A stretch of 64,000 nucleotides of DNA, taken from positions 2,304,190 to 2,368,189 of the forward strand of contig OZ244071.1 of the NCBI GenBank assembly GCA_965215555.1, written 5' to 3'. This document shows, piece after piece, positions 45,338 to 54,605 of the stretch. Under the pieces are notes generated by a model. That model was not told the origin of the DNA. It saw only the letters and a program-made list of their open reading frames with translations, and did no database searches. Every line of letters starts with the position of its first letter. Within the stretch, counting starts at the first letter, position 1. The translations under genes and the position numbers were made by a program. Source of the DNA: Dehalococcoidia bacterium (GTDB taxonomy: Bacteria; Chloroflexota; Dehalococcoidia; Bin125).

Positions 45338-46735
45338 CTACGGGAAGAGCCCGAGCTCCAGATAGCTTTGTGCGACCAATTCCAACGAGTACAGATACGA
45401 AGCGCAGCGTAGATCGGGAAGGTCCCGCTTGCGCCGCAGTGTCGATATCCGGTCGTACGATTCTGCCATTGTCTGTGCCAGAGCGTCGTAGACGATATCC
45501 CGCTCGGAGGGTCCACGCTCCAACTCCCAACGCTTGACATCATCGATCAGTGTGCCGGTGTGCTGTTCGATCGTGTCGAGCAGTCGTCGATTGTGCATTT
45601 CGGCGTTGCGAGTCAGCATCCGATCGAACGAGACATGCGAGAGATTCTTGATCCACTCGAAGTACGACACCGTGACGCCGCCCGCGTTCAGATACAGATC
45701 GGGAATGACGATGATGCCGCGCTTGCGTAGGATCCGGTCAGCGTCAGGAGTGGTCGGTCCGTTCGCCGCTTCAGCGACGATCGACGCCTGTATCCGTTCG
45801 GCGTTGGCTGTGGTGATCTGATGTTCGAGCGCGGCCGGGACCAAGATGTCACAGGGCTGCTCGATCGTCTCCAGGGAATCGGCAAACACCTGTCCGGCTG
45901 GATAGCCAGCGATGCCGCCATGTTCCCATCGATGGGCCGAGACTGCTTCCAGGTCAAGGCCGTTTGGGTCGTAGACGCCGGCGTCGATTTCTGCGATCCC
46001 AACGATCCGGGCGCCATGCTCCGAGAGCTCGCGCGCGACGTGATAGCCGACATTGCCAAGCCCCTGCACGATCACACGTTTGCCATCAAGCCCCGGTGAC
46101 AGTCCGTGGGTCTGATGTGGATCGCCCAGACACTGCATGATTCCATGAAACACGCCGAGCCCCGTGGCCTCGCGGCGTCCCGGGATTCCGTGCAAGGACA
46201 GTGGTTTGCCCGTGACGCAACTCCAGTAGTTGATGTCGTGCGGATTGAGCGTGCGGTAGGTGTCGGCAATCCAGGCCATCTCACGCTCACTGGTGCCGTA
46301 GTCGGGCGCCGGGACGTCAACCGCCGGGCCGATGAAGTTATGCGAGTTCAGTTCGATCACCAGCCGTCGTGTGACGCGTTCGACAAACTCCGGCGAAGAC
46401 GTGAACGGATCGATACAGACGCCACCCTTTGCGCCGCCAAACGGGACATCAACGATGGCGCACTTGAACGTCATCAGGGCTGCGAGCCCCTTGACTTCTT
46501 CCGCATCGACCATCGTCGAGTAGCGAATCCCACCCTTGGTTGGCAGTCGGTGGTGACTGTGCTGGGCGCGGTACGCTTCGATGACTTCGATCTCCCCATC
46601 GTCGTTCTCGACCGGGAAGGTCATTTGATAGATGTTGTTGCAGCTCTTGACCTGCTCCAGCAAGCGCGGGTCATGGTTCGAATACTGAGCGGCCTGCTCG
46701 AAGTACTCAGTAAAATCGTCGTAGAGCGAGGCCAT
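45338..46735 (-). CDS. gdhA: Glutamate dehydrogenase (Glu/Leu/Phe/Val family, GLUD1-like)
   Basis: HSHHRLPTKGGIRY, LMTFKCA, PFGGAKGG, VPAPD, VTGKP, VQGLGNVG, DLYLNAGGVTVSYFEW. Start ATG 46735. Confidence 0.93.
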   Translation of the reverse strand: MASLYDDFTEYFEQAAQYSNHDPRLLEQVKSCNNIYQMTFPVENDDGEIEVIEAYRAQHSHHRLPTKGGIRYSTMVDAEEVKGLAALMTFKCAIVDVPFGGAKGGVCIDPFTSSPEFVERVTRRLVIELNSHNFIGPAVDVPAPDYGTSEREMAWIADTYRTLNPHDINYWSCVTGKPLSLHGIPGRREATGLGVFHGIMQCLGDPHQTHGLSPGLDGKRVIVQGLGNVGYHVARELSEHGARIVGIAEIDAGVYDPNGLDLEAVSAHRWEHGGIAGYPAGQVFADSLETIEQPCDILVPAALEHQITTANAERIQASIVAEAANGPTTPDADRILRKRGIIVIPDLYLNAGGVTVSYFEWIKNLSHVSFDRMLTRNAEMHNRRLLDTIEQHTGTLIDDVKRWELERGPSERDIVYDALAQTMAESYDRISTLRRKRDLPDLRCASYLYSLELVAQSYLELGLFP

Positions 46736-46795
46736 CCGGTATCTCCCCGGCACGGTTCAGGCTGATTTGAACCGAGAACGTGATTGTTCAACACG

Positions 46796-46852
46796 CCCGT
46801 CAACCGGACGGGTCTCCTTCAGCCTGCGGCTCCCCCTGCAAGGAGAGGGGAG
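46796..46852. terminator. Two GC-rich hairpins between the acyl-CoA dehydrogenase and gdh
   Basis: CCCGTC-AACCG-GACGGG (46796-46812) and CTCCCC...GGGGAG (46830-46852). No clear U-tract. Confidence 0.35.
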
Positions 46853-46853
46853 A

Positions 46854-48023
46854 TCATGCGCGCGGCAAGCCCAGGCCGCGGGTGGCGATGATGCCGCGCT
46901 GAATCTCGGACGATCCGCCCGCAATCGTGGCCGGCACCGATGACATGTACTGCTCGGTGAACCAGCCCTGCATCTGCGCGTACGGGTCGCCCTTTCGGAC
47001 CTGGCCGTAGCTGCCCATCGTGTTGACCCCGAAGCGGGCGAAACGTTGTGACAGTTCCGACGAGAACATCTTCGCCACCGACGCCTCATGGTTCGGGGCC
47101 AGACCGCCCTGCTGCATCGAGAGGACGCGCAAGGACAGCATCCGAGATACCTCGATGTTGATCGCCGTATCGGCAACACCGAGCTTGGCTTCGCGACCTG
47201 TCGCAGGATTGTCGCCCAGGTAGCCGATGAAGTCCTCGAAGTTACGTCGCAGCGCAGCGCTACCTGAGAGCGCGCTGCGCTCGAAGTCCATCGTCGCCAT
47301 GCCGACGTACCATCCGCGGTTCTCTTCCCCGACGCGGTTCTCGACCGGCACACGAACGTCCTCGAAGAACACTTCGTTGAACCCGTGTCCACCGAGCATG
47401 TTGATCAACGGACGCACCGTAATGCCGGGGGTCTTCATGTCGACCAACAGGTACGTGATGCCGCGATGCTTGGGCGCATCGGGATCGGTGCGGACCAGGG
47501 CGAACATCCAGTCCGCTCGGTGAGCGTTGGATGTCCAGATCTTCTGTCCGTTGATGACATAGTCGTCGCCGTCTTTGACGGCGCGTGTCTGCAGCGACGC
47601 CAGGTCCGATCCTGAACCTGGCTCGGAGTATCCCTGACACCAGGAAGCGCGAGAGTTGACGATGTCGTCCAGGAACTGACTCTTCTGATCGTCAGTGCCG
47701 TAGACCAGCAGGGTCGGGCCGACATAACCAACCGAGATCAGATCCGGACCGGGGACGCGATTGTAGGCGAGTTCCTCGTTAAAGATCGCCTGCTCGGCGA
47801 AGGACAGACCCATCCCGCCGTGCTCGGTCGGCCAGGCTGGTGCCGTCCAACCCTTTTCCGCCAGCTTGGCGCGGATGCCCTTGGAGAATGCCCAGGCCTC
47901 GTCTGAACCCTCTTCGTCGTTGGAGACGTCGAGTCCGTTCCAGTCCTCACCGAATTCTTCGCGGATCCATCCGCGAATCTCGTTCCGCCACGATTCCTGA
48001 TCGGCGCTGAATTCAAAGTCCAT
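46854..48023 (-). CDS. Acyl-CoA dehydrogenase (FadE-like)
   Basis: WCQGYSEPGSGSDLA, INGQKIWTS, FNEVFFEDVRVP, TIAGGSSEIQRGIIA. Confidence 0.95.
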   Translation of the reverse strand: MDFEFSADQESWRNEIRGWIREEFGEDWNGLDVSNDEEGSDEAWAFSKGIRAKLAEKGWTAPAWPTEHGGMGLSFAEQAIFNEELAYNRVPGPDLISVGYVGPTLLVYGTDDQKSQFLDDIVNSRASWCQGYSEPGSGSDLASLQTRAVKDGDDYVINGQKIWTSNAHRADWMFALVRTDPDAPKHRGITYLLVDMKTPGITVRPLINMLGGHGFNEVFFEDVRVPVENRVGEENRGWYVGMATMDFERSALSGSAALRRNFEDFIGYLGDNPATGREAKLGVADTAINIEVSRMLSLRVLSMQQGGLAPNHEASVAKMFSSELSQRFARFGVNTMGSYGQVRKGDPYAQMQGWFTEQYMSSVPATIAGGSSEIQRGIIATRGLGLPRA

Positions 48024-48087
48024 CGTGCGTCCTCGCTGTCACTTGGTCTAACGATCCCAGTCTACCTGCGACCTTCAGAATCTCACG

Positions 48088-48792
48088 CTACTGCCTCTCG
48101 AACTGATACAGAATGTCGTCAGAGGACGGTGTCCCGTCCAGTCTCCGGGACGGTACGTCTCGCGAGACAACGAAGCCGATCAGTTCGTCTGCCGACTCCA
48201 GCACATTGGGATCGATTGACACGGCGGCCCGACCCTCAACATCCCGCCCAAAGGTTGGGCCAGGTTCAACCGATCCCGACGCTCTGACCAGCCAGATCTG
48301 CCAGGTCTCCTCGACGCTCAACGCTGGCAATCCCCAGAAGATCAGGGCAAACAACTGGTCTTCGTACCTGGGCAGTAACACTCCCGTCGCGCCATCGTCC
48401 GTCAATGCAATCGCCCGACCAGAAATCGGTTCTTCGGCGCGAAACGCGAGGTAGCCAAACAGAGCGGCGATCGCGACCAATGACACCAACAGCAATCGCA
48501 CTACGTTGCGCCGCACGACACGCAAGGCGTAGTGCGAGCGAACCACAGGCGGACGGACAATGCGAGCTCGCTGAATGAGTCGCTGCTCAAGCCGGGCTTC
48601 GGCGGGATCGGGCGGGACCACCAACGTCGCGCCAGTGATTGCGGCGGCAGCCGTGGGCCACGCGCTGCAACGGCGACGAATTGCAGGATCCGAACGGACA
48701 ATCCGCTCTACTTCGTCATGCTCTTCCTGGGGAAGCAGTCCAAGGTAGAACGCGGCCAGACGCTGTTCTGGTTCGGTGCTTCTGGAGGTCAC
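48088..48792 (-). CDS. RskA-like anti-sigma factor, diverged
   Basis: LAAFYLGLL..EE N-terminus, one TM, LP...WQIWLV...GPTF. Lacks HxxxCxxC. Confidence 0.7.
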   Translation of the reverse strand: MTSRSTEPEQRLAAFYLGLLPQEEHDEVERIVRSDPAIRRRCSAWPTAAAAITGATLVVPPDPAEARLEQRLIQRARIVRPPVVRSHYALRVVRRNVVRLLLVSLVAIAALFGYLAFRAEEPISGRAIALTDDGATGVLLPRYEDQLFALIFWGLPALSVEETWQIWLVRASGSVEPGPTFGRDVEGRAAVSIDPNVLESADELIGFVVSRDVPSRRLDGTPSSDDILYQFERQ

Positions 48793-48826
48793 AACAACTC
48801 CGACATTAGCTCCGACATTCCTACAT

Positions 48827-49333
48827 TCATCGGTCCGAGCGATCCATGCGACCGCTCAAGATTTGTCCGACCAGTGCATCCATCGCCTGGTTCATTGACT
48901 CGTCGTCATGGCGGATCGCGTCAAACCAGGCGTCCTCCAGGTGCCGACCCTGATCAAGTGGCAACCGAATCACGGCTCGTTGCAACTCCTCGTGATCCAA
49001 TCCCTCAACGACGTCCGGGAGGCCCGTTGCCGGACCGATCGGGAACGGCTGAACTTCGTCTGCGGCCAGCGCAGAGGTGATGCCGCGTCGTCGAACTGCC
49101 AGGGCGATATCGCGAACCAACCGCAGGATGTGAACATCGAGCGCAACCGAGGCCCAGTGTTCCGGCTCCGTCCAGATCAGCAGAAAGGCCTCTTCGACGA
49201 TTTCGTCGGCCTGGTCTGAACCGACGATGCGCCGCGCCAGTGCTCGCGCCGTCGATCCATAAGCACGGAACGCGTCACGCAGCGCTATCTCGTCACCATC
49301 AACGATTCGCTGGAACAGGTCAGGCGCGGCCAC
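48827..49333 (-). CDS. ECF (SigK-like) sigma factor homologue lacking the sigma4 helix-turn-helix
   Basis: Region 2-like GDEIALRDAFRAY...ADEIVEEAFLLIW, then LPLDQ...AWF followed directly by the final helix. Confidence 0.65.
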   Translation of the reverse strand: MAAPDLFQRIVDGDEIALRDAFRAYGSTARALARRIVGSDQADEIVEEAFLLIWTEPEHWASVALDVHILRLVRDIALAVRRRGITSALAADEVQPFPIGPATGLPDVVEGLDHEELQRAVIRLPLDQGRHLEDAWFDAIRHDDESMNQAMDALVGQILSGRMDRSDR

Positions 49334-49344
49334 GAGTATCGAAA

Positions 49345-49380
49345 TCAGTCCCTGTCAGTCTCTGTCAGTCTCTGTCAGTC
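49345..49380. repeat. 10-bp tandem repeat (3.6 copies) upstream of the ECF-like gene
   Basis: TCAGTCCCTG TCAGTCTCTG TCAGTCTCTG TCAGTC. The last copy contains the cupin stop codon. Confidence 0.9.
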
Positions 49381-49794
49381 TTGAGCAAGGAAATCTACAC
49401 GTCCGTAATCGTCAGCCAGTCGCACGATGTCGTCTCCATCTTCTTCTGCCGCTCGAGATGCGACCTCGAGAATATCGGCGCCGTCGCCACCGGCGCTGAC
49501 TCGATGCACGACACCGGCGGCGATGTCTCCGCGCACGCCGGTCAGCATCGACACGTGGCGCAAGCGATCCGCGCTGGGACCAACAGTCAATATCGCACTG
49601 CCGCTCAGCAGCATGAGGGTTTCCTGTTTGCGCCGGTGGAACTGCAGTGACAACCGTCGGTGCGGAGCAATGCGCAGCATTTTCACAATCGAAGTATCGG
49701 TTCGGCTGAGGATCAGCTCCTCACCCCATGGTTTGTCGATGCGTTCCAGAATCGGCCCGGCGACAGATGTTGAAGTCGCTGAATCGAGTACCAC
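49375..49794 (-). CDS. Cupin protein (mannose-6-phosphate isomerase type II C-terminal-like)
   Basis: KPWGEE, RLSLQFHRRKQET, GVVHRV, EVAS, DIVRLADDYGR. SD GAGGAGG precedes the GTG. Confidence 0.88.
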   Translation of the reverse strand: MVLDSATSTSVAGPILERIDKPWGEELILSRTDTSIVKMLRIAPHRRLSLQFHRRKQETLMLLSGSAILTVGPSADRLRHVSMLTGVRGDIAAGVVHRVSAGGDGADILEVASRAAEEDGDDIVRLADDYGRVDFLAQD

Positions 49795-49923
49795 TTCGCC
49801 TCCTCAATCCCCTCATGGTTCGCAAGGCCCGATTACTTACTAGAGTGAGAGTACGAGCGCGAGCGGCGTCATCCAACTGCCGCGCCAACAAGTTTCTGCA
49901 TTTGCGAGCAATGGGGGTTCGGC

Positions 49924-51210
49924 TTGAGCGGACGGTGGTGGGCGCTGGTTGTGAGTCTGGCCATTGTGTCCGCCGCCATTGGGGCAGGCGCAGCGCTACT
50001 GATCAAGCAAGATGACGACGCTCCGCCCACCCCAGATCAAGTGCCCGTCGTCGCCAATGAGGCGGAACTCGCAGGGGACGAGCAATCGACAGAGCTTGGC
50101 GAGTCTCAACAGTCCACACCAGAGGAAACCGATTCGATCGGTCAGGACGCGCCGCCGGCAGAGCCTTCGCAGCAGGCATCAGCACCTGAGACTGCAACCG
50201 ATCAACCAAGCGATTCACCGCCGGAGCAGTCTGGTCAGTCTGACGACCAACAAATCCAACCACAACAGGACGAATCTCAACAGGATCTCCAGGAGGCTCA
50301 GGCTCGGTCTGAGGAGTCGTCGGATTCCAGCGCCGACATGACCCGCGCCGACATGACCAGTGCCGACATGCCCAACGCCGCTTCGGCCAGCATCAGTCCC
50401 GGCACCATCGCCCAGGGAGAGTCATTTGCCGTCACCGTGGAAGCAGAGAACGCCACCGCCGTCGCAGTGACGCTCTTGCGGCGGAGCTGGAGTTTGAGCG
50501 AGGTCGCGCCGGGCATTTGGTGGGTCATCGTGCCTGTGCCTCGCGACAGCGAGATCGGCGCGACGGAGTTAGTCATCGATCTGTACGGCGAAGGCGGTGT
50601 CTGGTTGGATGCCATCACCTCTCAGCTCGTTGTCCTTGCGAATGCGGCGCCGTTTGAGGAGATCACGCTGGGTGGTACCGGGCCATCGCCCGATCCTGCC
50701 GAGGTCGCGCGAGACATCGCCGTGCGCTTCGAGCAGCACACAGCGGTTACCGGTCCGCCACGCTGGAGCGGACCGTGGATCCTTCCCGTTGAGGGCGAAG
50801 TCTCGGGAGTGTTCGGTTCGCAGCGCTCTTATGACGGCGTACCTTCTGACCAGTGGCATCACGGCCACGACATCGCCGCTCAGCACGGAGATCCCATCCT
50901 CGCTCCGGCTCCGGGAACCGTGGTCTGGACTGGTGACCTCGTGCTCCATGGCACGGGCGTCATCATCGACCATGGAGCCGGCGTCTACAGCGGCTACTGG
51001 CATATGTCTCTGATCGCCGTGCGCGCAGGCGTCGAAGTCGAGCCCGGAGATTACCTCGGCAACATCGGCACGACCGGACTCTCGACCGGACCGCATCTGC
51101 ACTGGGAGGTCATCATTCAGGGCATTGACGTCGACCCGGTGCAGTGGACCACCGGGGACCAGCCGCCGCTGCCGTCGGTGCTGGAAGCAACGGCCGATAC
51201 ACTCGAATAA
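49924..51210 (+). CDS. Membrane-anchored M23 metallopeptidase with low-complexity linker
   Basis: N-terminal TM; Q/S/E/P-rich linker with a 15-nt repeat x3 (50332-50376, ADMTR/ADMTS/ADMPN); HHGHD, YWHMS, HLHWEV. Confidence 0.9.
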   Translation: MSGRWWALVVSLAIVSAAIGAGAALLIKQDDDAPPTPDQVPVVANEAELAGDEQSTELGESQQSTPEETDSIGQDAPPAEPSQQASAPETATDQPSDSPPEQSGQSDDQQIQPQQDESQQDLQEAQARSEESSDSSADMTRADMTSADMPNAASASISPGTIAQGESFAVTVEAENATAVAVTLLRRSWSLSEVAPGIWWVIVPVPRDSEIGATELVIDLYGEGGVWLDAITSQLVVLANAAPFEEITLGGTGPSPDPAEVARDIAVRFEQHTAVTGPPRWSGPWILPVEGEVSGVFGSQRSYDGVPSDQWHHGHDIAAQHGDPILAPAPGTVVWTGDLVLHGTGVIIDHGAGVYSGYWHMSLIAVRAGVEVEPGDYLGNIGTTGLSTGPHLHWEVIIQGIDVDPVQWTTGDQPPLPSVLEATADTLE

Positions 51211-52118
51211 TGCCCGACGCGCCCGCAATAGCAGACCAGAAGTCCGAGTACGCATTTGCACTCGGTGCGACGTTTTCCGATCTGAAGGCTGAAGACTTAG
51301 AGATCATCTCGGAACCAGATGCGGAGCTGGTTCGCGCTGATTGGCCTGGGTGGACCGCCCTGTTCCCGCAGTCGGAGAAAGCCGCAGTCCAACTCTCCAA
51401 TATGACTTCCGTCATGCCGCACCTGCGAGGGTTCCTCAGTCCGGCCGTGCCGGTCTGGGAGTCTGGCAGCGGCTCCGGCAACTGGCAACGCCAATGGCGC
51501 GCCGCTGAGCGACCTGAAGGCCGACCCCTGGTTCCCGAGCTGATCGTGGACCAGAATCGGGAACGCCTGGTTAGGGACCTGGCGACCTTCTGCCATGAGC
51601 TGCACGAGTTCTCTGTCGAGCGCGCCCGATCGTTAGGTGCAACGTCGTTCCGCGAATGGCGAGATGAGCATGAAGCGCTGGCCAGGCGGTCCTTGAGCAT
51701 CCTGAGACCATTGATGGCCTGGTCCGAGATCACCTGGGCGAGACGTTGGTGGTCGAGGTTCCTCGAAGACGACGCCATCTGGAAGATTCAGCCGACGCTC
51801 GTGCACGGCGGCATTTCGACTGAACGGCTGCTGGTCGACCCGCTCGTGCAACAACTGGTCGGTGTGACCGGTTGGCACGGGCTCCGCGTCGCCGATCCAG
51901 CCATCGATTTCGCCCATCTCGTCGATTGCTACGGCACCGAGCTCGGCTGGCGGATCGTCGAACACTACGGTGAACTTGGATCCACTGCCGACGCATCCCT
52001 CTTCCGTCGGGTGCGCCTGTTGCTCACGGTCAGGCGTTTCCGCGAAGTCGTCGCGATCGCTGACGGAGAGGGTGTCGACAGTGAAGCGATGCCCGTAGCG
52101 ATCAAGGCGTTGCGCTAG
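51210..52118 (+). CDS. Aminoglycoside phosphotransferase (APH)-fold protein, catalytic residues substituted
   Basis: TAATG overlap with the M23 gene. LARDLATF-like helix, LVHGGISTERLLV, GVTGW, ADPAIDFA. Confidence 0.7.
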   Translation: MPDAPAIADQKSEYAFALGATFSDLKAEDLEIISEPDAELVRADWPGWTALFPQSEKAAVQLSNMTSVMPHLRGFLSPAVPVWESGSGSGNWQRQWRAAERPEGRPLVPELIVDQNRERLVRDLATFCHELHEFSVERARSLGATSFREWRDEHEALARRSLSILRPLMAWSEITWARRWWSRFLEDDAIWKIQPTLVHGGISTERLLVDPLVQQLVGVTGWHGLRVADPAIDFAHLVDCYGTELGWRIVEHYGELGSTADASLFRRVRLLLTVRRFREVVAIADGEGVDSEAMPVAIKALR

Positions 52119-52167
52119 TCGTGTGCCAGTGCGGCCACGGTTTTGTTACCTTTGACGGCACTTGCAC

Positions 52168-52183
52168 ATCATTGGCGAATGAT
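52168..52183. promoter_or_regulatory. Palindromic operator candidate upstream of VOC-hpaB
   Basis: ATCATT-GGCG-AATGAT, downstream of TTGACG (52152-52157). Confidence 0.45.
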
Positions 52184-52200
52184 CGGAAGGATGGCCAATC

Positions 52201-52764
52201 ATGAGTGATGCACCCGCACGCGCGATGACTCCCGTCGGCGTCAACCATCTGGTCTTGAATGTCCGTGACCTCGATGTCGCGCACGAGTTCTGGACCGAAG
52301 TGATGGGGTTCCGCCACATCGGATCGCTCAAACCGCGCTCCGAGCGCTCGATGAACATGCGCTTCTATAACGGTCTCTCCGAGAGCCACCACGACCTCGC
52401 CCTGGCTGAAATCATGGGCGACTCCGAGGACTCCGGCGACTGGTCGATGGCGCCCAAGCGACCCGGACTCAACCATCTCGCCATTCACTACCCCGACCGC
52501 GACTCCTGGCTCAAACAGATCGCCTTCCTGCAGGCCAAGGGCGTCAAGTTCAATCTGCGCATCAACCACGGGATGACGCACTCCGTCTACATCAACGATC
52601 CCGACGGTCACGGCATCGAGGTGCTCTACGAGCTGCCGCGCGAGGACTGGGAAGCCGACATCGACGGTGCGTTGAACTACGCGGACGTGCTGCCCACCGA
52701 AGGAGCTGAAGCGTTGGTCGACGAACCCACGCCTGTGTTTGCTGCGCCCGGCGTCGGCGACTAG
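52201..52764 (+). CDS. VOC-family protein (single-domain extradiol dioxygenase-like)
   Basis: GVNHLVLNV, HHDLAL, LNHLAI, HGMTHSVYINDPDGHGIEV. Confidence 0.85.
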   Translation: MSDAPARAMTPVGVNHLVLNVRDLDVAHEFWTEVMGFRHIGSLKPRSERSMNMRFYNGLSESHHDLALAEIMGDSEDSGDWSMAPKRPGLNHLAIHYPDRDSWLKQIAFLQAKGVKFNLRINHGMTHSVYINDPDGHGIEVLYELPREDWEADIDGALNYADVLPTEGAEALVDEPTPVFAAPGVGD

Positions 52765-52784
52765 CGCGGCGCTCGGTAACTGCT

Positions 52785-54251
52785 ATGGCTATGCGAGACG
52801 GCGCAGCCTACCTGGCCGGCCTGCGCGATGGACGCCGTATCTGGCACAACGGCGCATTAGTTGAGGACGTCACCACCGCGCCCGGCTTCGCCGGGGCAGC
52901 GCGCACCATCGCGGCCTACTACGACTTCCAGTGCGACCCTGCCGTCCGCGATGTCATCAGTTACGAAGACGAGGATGGCGAGCGCTCACACCTCTCGTTC
53001 AAGATTCCCCGCTCGAAGGAGGACTTGCGCAATCGCTCCGCCGCTTACGCAGCCTGGGCAGAACACACCGGTGGACAGCTTGGCCGAGCCCCCGACTACA
53101 TGAACGCGGCCATCGCTGGGGTGGCGGCGGCCAGCCATCATTGGGGCCAGGACGATCCCGCCCTGGGCGAACACGCCAGGCAGATCCACGATCACTGTCG
53201 CCGCAACGATGTCTGCCTGACCCATACCTTCATCACCCCGCAGATCGACCGCAAGACGCCGCTGGGCGAACAGGAACCGTTCCTCAATGCCGGCGTCGTC
53301 AAGCGAACCTCGGACAGCATCATCGTGCGCGGCGCGCGGGTCTTGGGAACGCTGGCGCCATTCTCGGACGAGAACTTGTCGATGGTCCTGCCGATCGTGA
53401 GCGGGGAGAACGAACGCAAGTACGCCCTGGGCTTCACCATCCCCGTCGACGCTCCCGGCCTGCATTGGGTCTGCCGCGACTCGTTCGACCCCGACCGCTC
53501 AACCCGCGATTACCCAATCTCCAGCCGGTTCGAAGAGATCGACACGGTCGCGGTCTTCGACGATGTCGAAGTCCCCTGGGAGAACGTCTTTGACTACCAG
53601 GACGGCAAGATTCACAACATGGCGCTGATGGCGATGCGTTTTCAGGAATCGCTCGGCCATCACGTGATCGTCAAGAACGTGGCCAAGACGCGCTTCCTGC
53701 TCGGTCTCGCCCACCTGATCGCCGAAAACGCTCAGACCAACTCATTCATCAACGTGCAGATTCGGCTCGGCGAGATCGTCACCATGCTGCAAACGCTCGA
53801 GTCAATCGCGATCGCGGCAGTCGAGGGCGGCGTCGAGAATCCCGACAACGGTGTTTGGTACTGCAATGCCAACGCGATCACGGCGGGGCTGCGGCTCTTC
53901 CCCGAGTATTACGTGCAGATCGTCGACCACATCAAGCAGATCGGCGGCAGCAACTTCATGGCTGCTCCGTCCGAAGCAAACATGGAGGCGATCACCGAAG
54001 CCCTCGGTCCATCAGTCGAGCGCTACTTCAAGGGCGCAGCCGACATGAACGAAGAGGGCATCGACAAGGTCCCGCTCTTCCGCCTCGCCTGGGACGTGGT
54101 CGGTACCTCGTTGGCCGGTCGGCAGGAACTGTACGAGCGTTTCTTCTTCGGCGATCAGCAGGTCTCAAAATCACAGTCATACCAGCGCTACGACAAGTCA
54201 GAGGCGATCGACGTGGTGCGTCGGCTGCTGGACCCGGAGTGGCTGAGCTGA
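52785..54251 (+). CDS. hpaB: 4-hydroxyphenylacetate 3-hydroxylase-family flavin monooxygenase, oxygenase component
   Basis: YLAGLRDGR, GRAPDYMN, HTFITPQIDR, SRFEEID..VFDDVEVPWENVF, SLAGRQELYERFFFGD. The substrate is not established. Confidence 0.88.
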   Translation: MAMRDGAAYLAGLRDGRRIWHNGALVEDVTTAPGFAGAARTIAAYYDFQCDPAVRDVISYEDEDGERSHLSFKIPRSKEDLRNRSAAYAAWAEHTGGQLGRAPDYMNAAIAGVAAASHHWGQDDPALGEHARQIHDHCRRNDVCLTHTFITPQIDRKTPLGEQEPFLNAGVVKRTSDSIIVRGARVLGTLAPFSDENLSMVLPIVSGENERKYALGFTIPVDAPGLHWVCRDSFDPDRSTRDYPISSRFEEIDTVAVFDDVEVPWENVFDYQDGKIHNMALMAMRFQESLGHHVIVKNVAKTRFLLGLAHLIAENAQTNSFINVQIRLGEIVTMLQTLESIAIAAVEGGVENPDNGVWYCNANAITAGLRLFPEYYVQIVDHIKQIGGSNFMAAPSEANMEAITEALGPSVERYFKGAADMNEEGIDKVPLFRLAWDVVGTSLAGRQELYERFFFGDQQVSKSQSYQRYDKSEAIDVVRRLLDPEWLS

Positions 54252-54301
54252 GGGAGGAGTCGGTCCGGCCGGAGATTGGTTAAGCTCGAGGCTTGAGAGG
54301 G

Positions 54302-54580
54302 ATGATGATGCCTGAGGAAAGCCAAGCAGCCGAACACTGGATTCAGCCGGCGCGCGTTGAGCCCATCCCGCAAGAGCGAGCACGTCCACCGCTCGATTGG
54401 GGCGACGAGGATCCAGATTTGGTGTGGGAGAGGCTGTATCACCGCGGTCTCGTTGATCCGCCCTACCGTTCGGTCGAGGACAGAGTGCAGGTGCTGAGGG
54501 ACCATCCACCGCTGGACCTTACTTGGCCGACTGATCAGATGCTGCGAGATTTGGGTCGATTGCCGTGCACAGTGGAGTAA
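54302..54580 (+). CDS. Small hypothetical protein (paralogue A)
   Basis: GAGAGG precedes ATGATGATG. Shares an ungapped 46-aa block with the next ORF. Confidence 0.6.
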   Translation: MMMPEESQAAEHWIQPARVEPIPQERARPPLDWGDEDPDLVWERLYHRGLVDPPYRSVEDRVQVLRDHPPLDLTWPTDQMLRDLGRLPCTVE

Positions 54581-54605
54581 TCTGGGCCCCATCCGAGGGA
54601 GCGCA

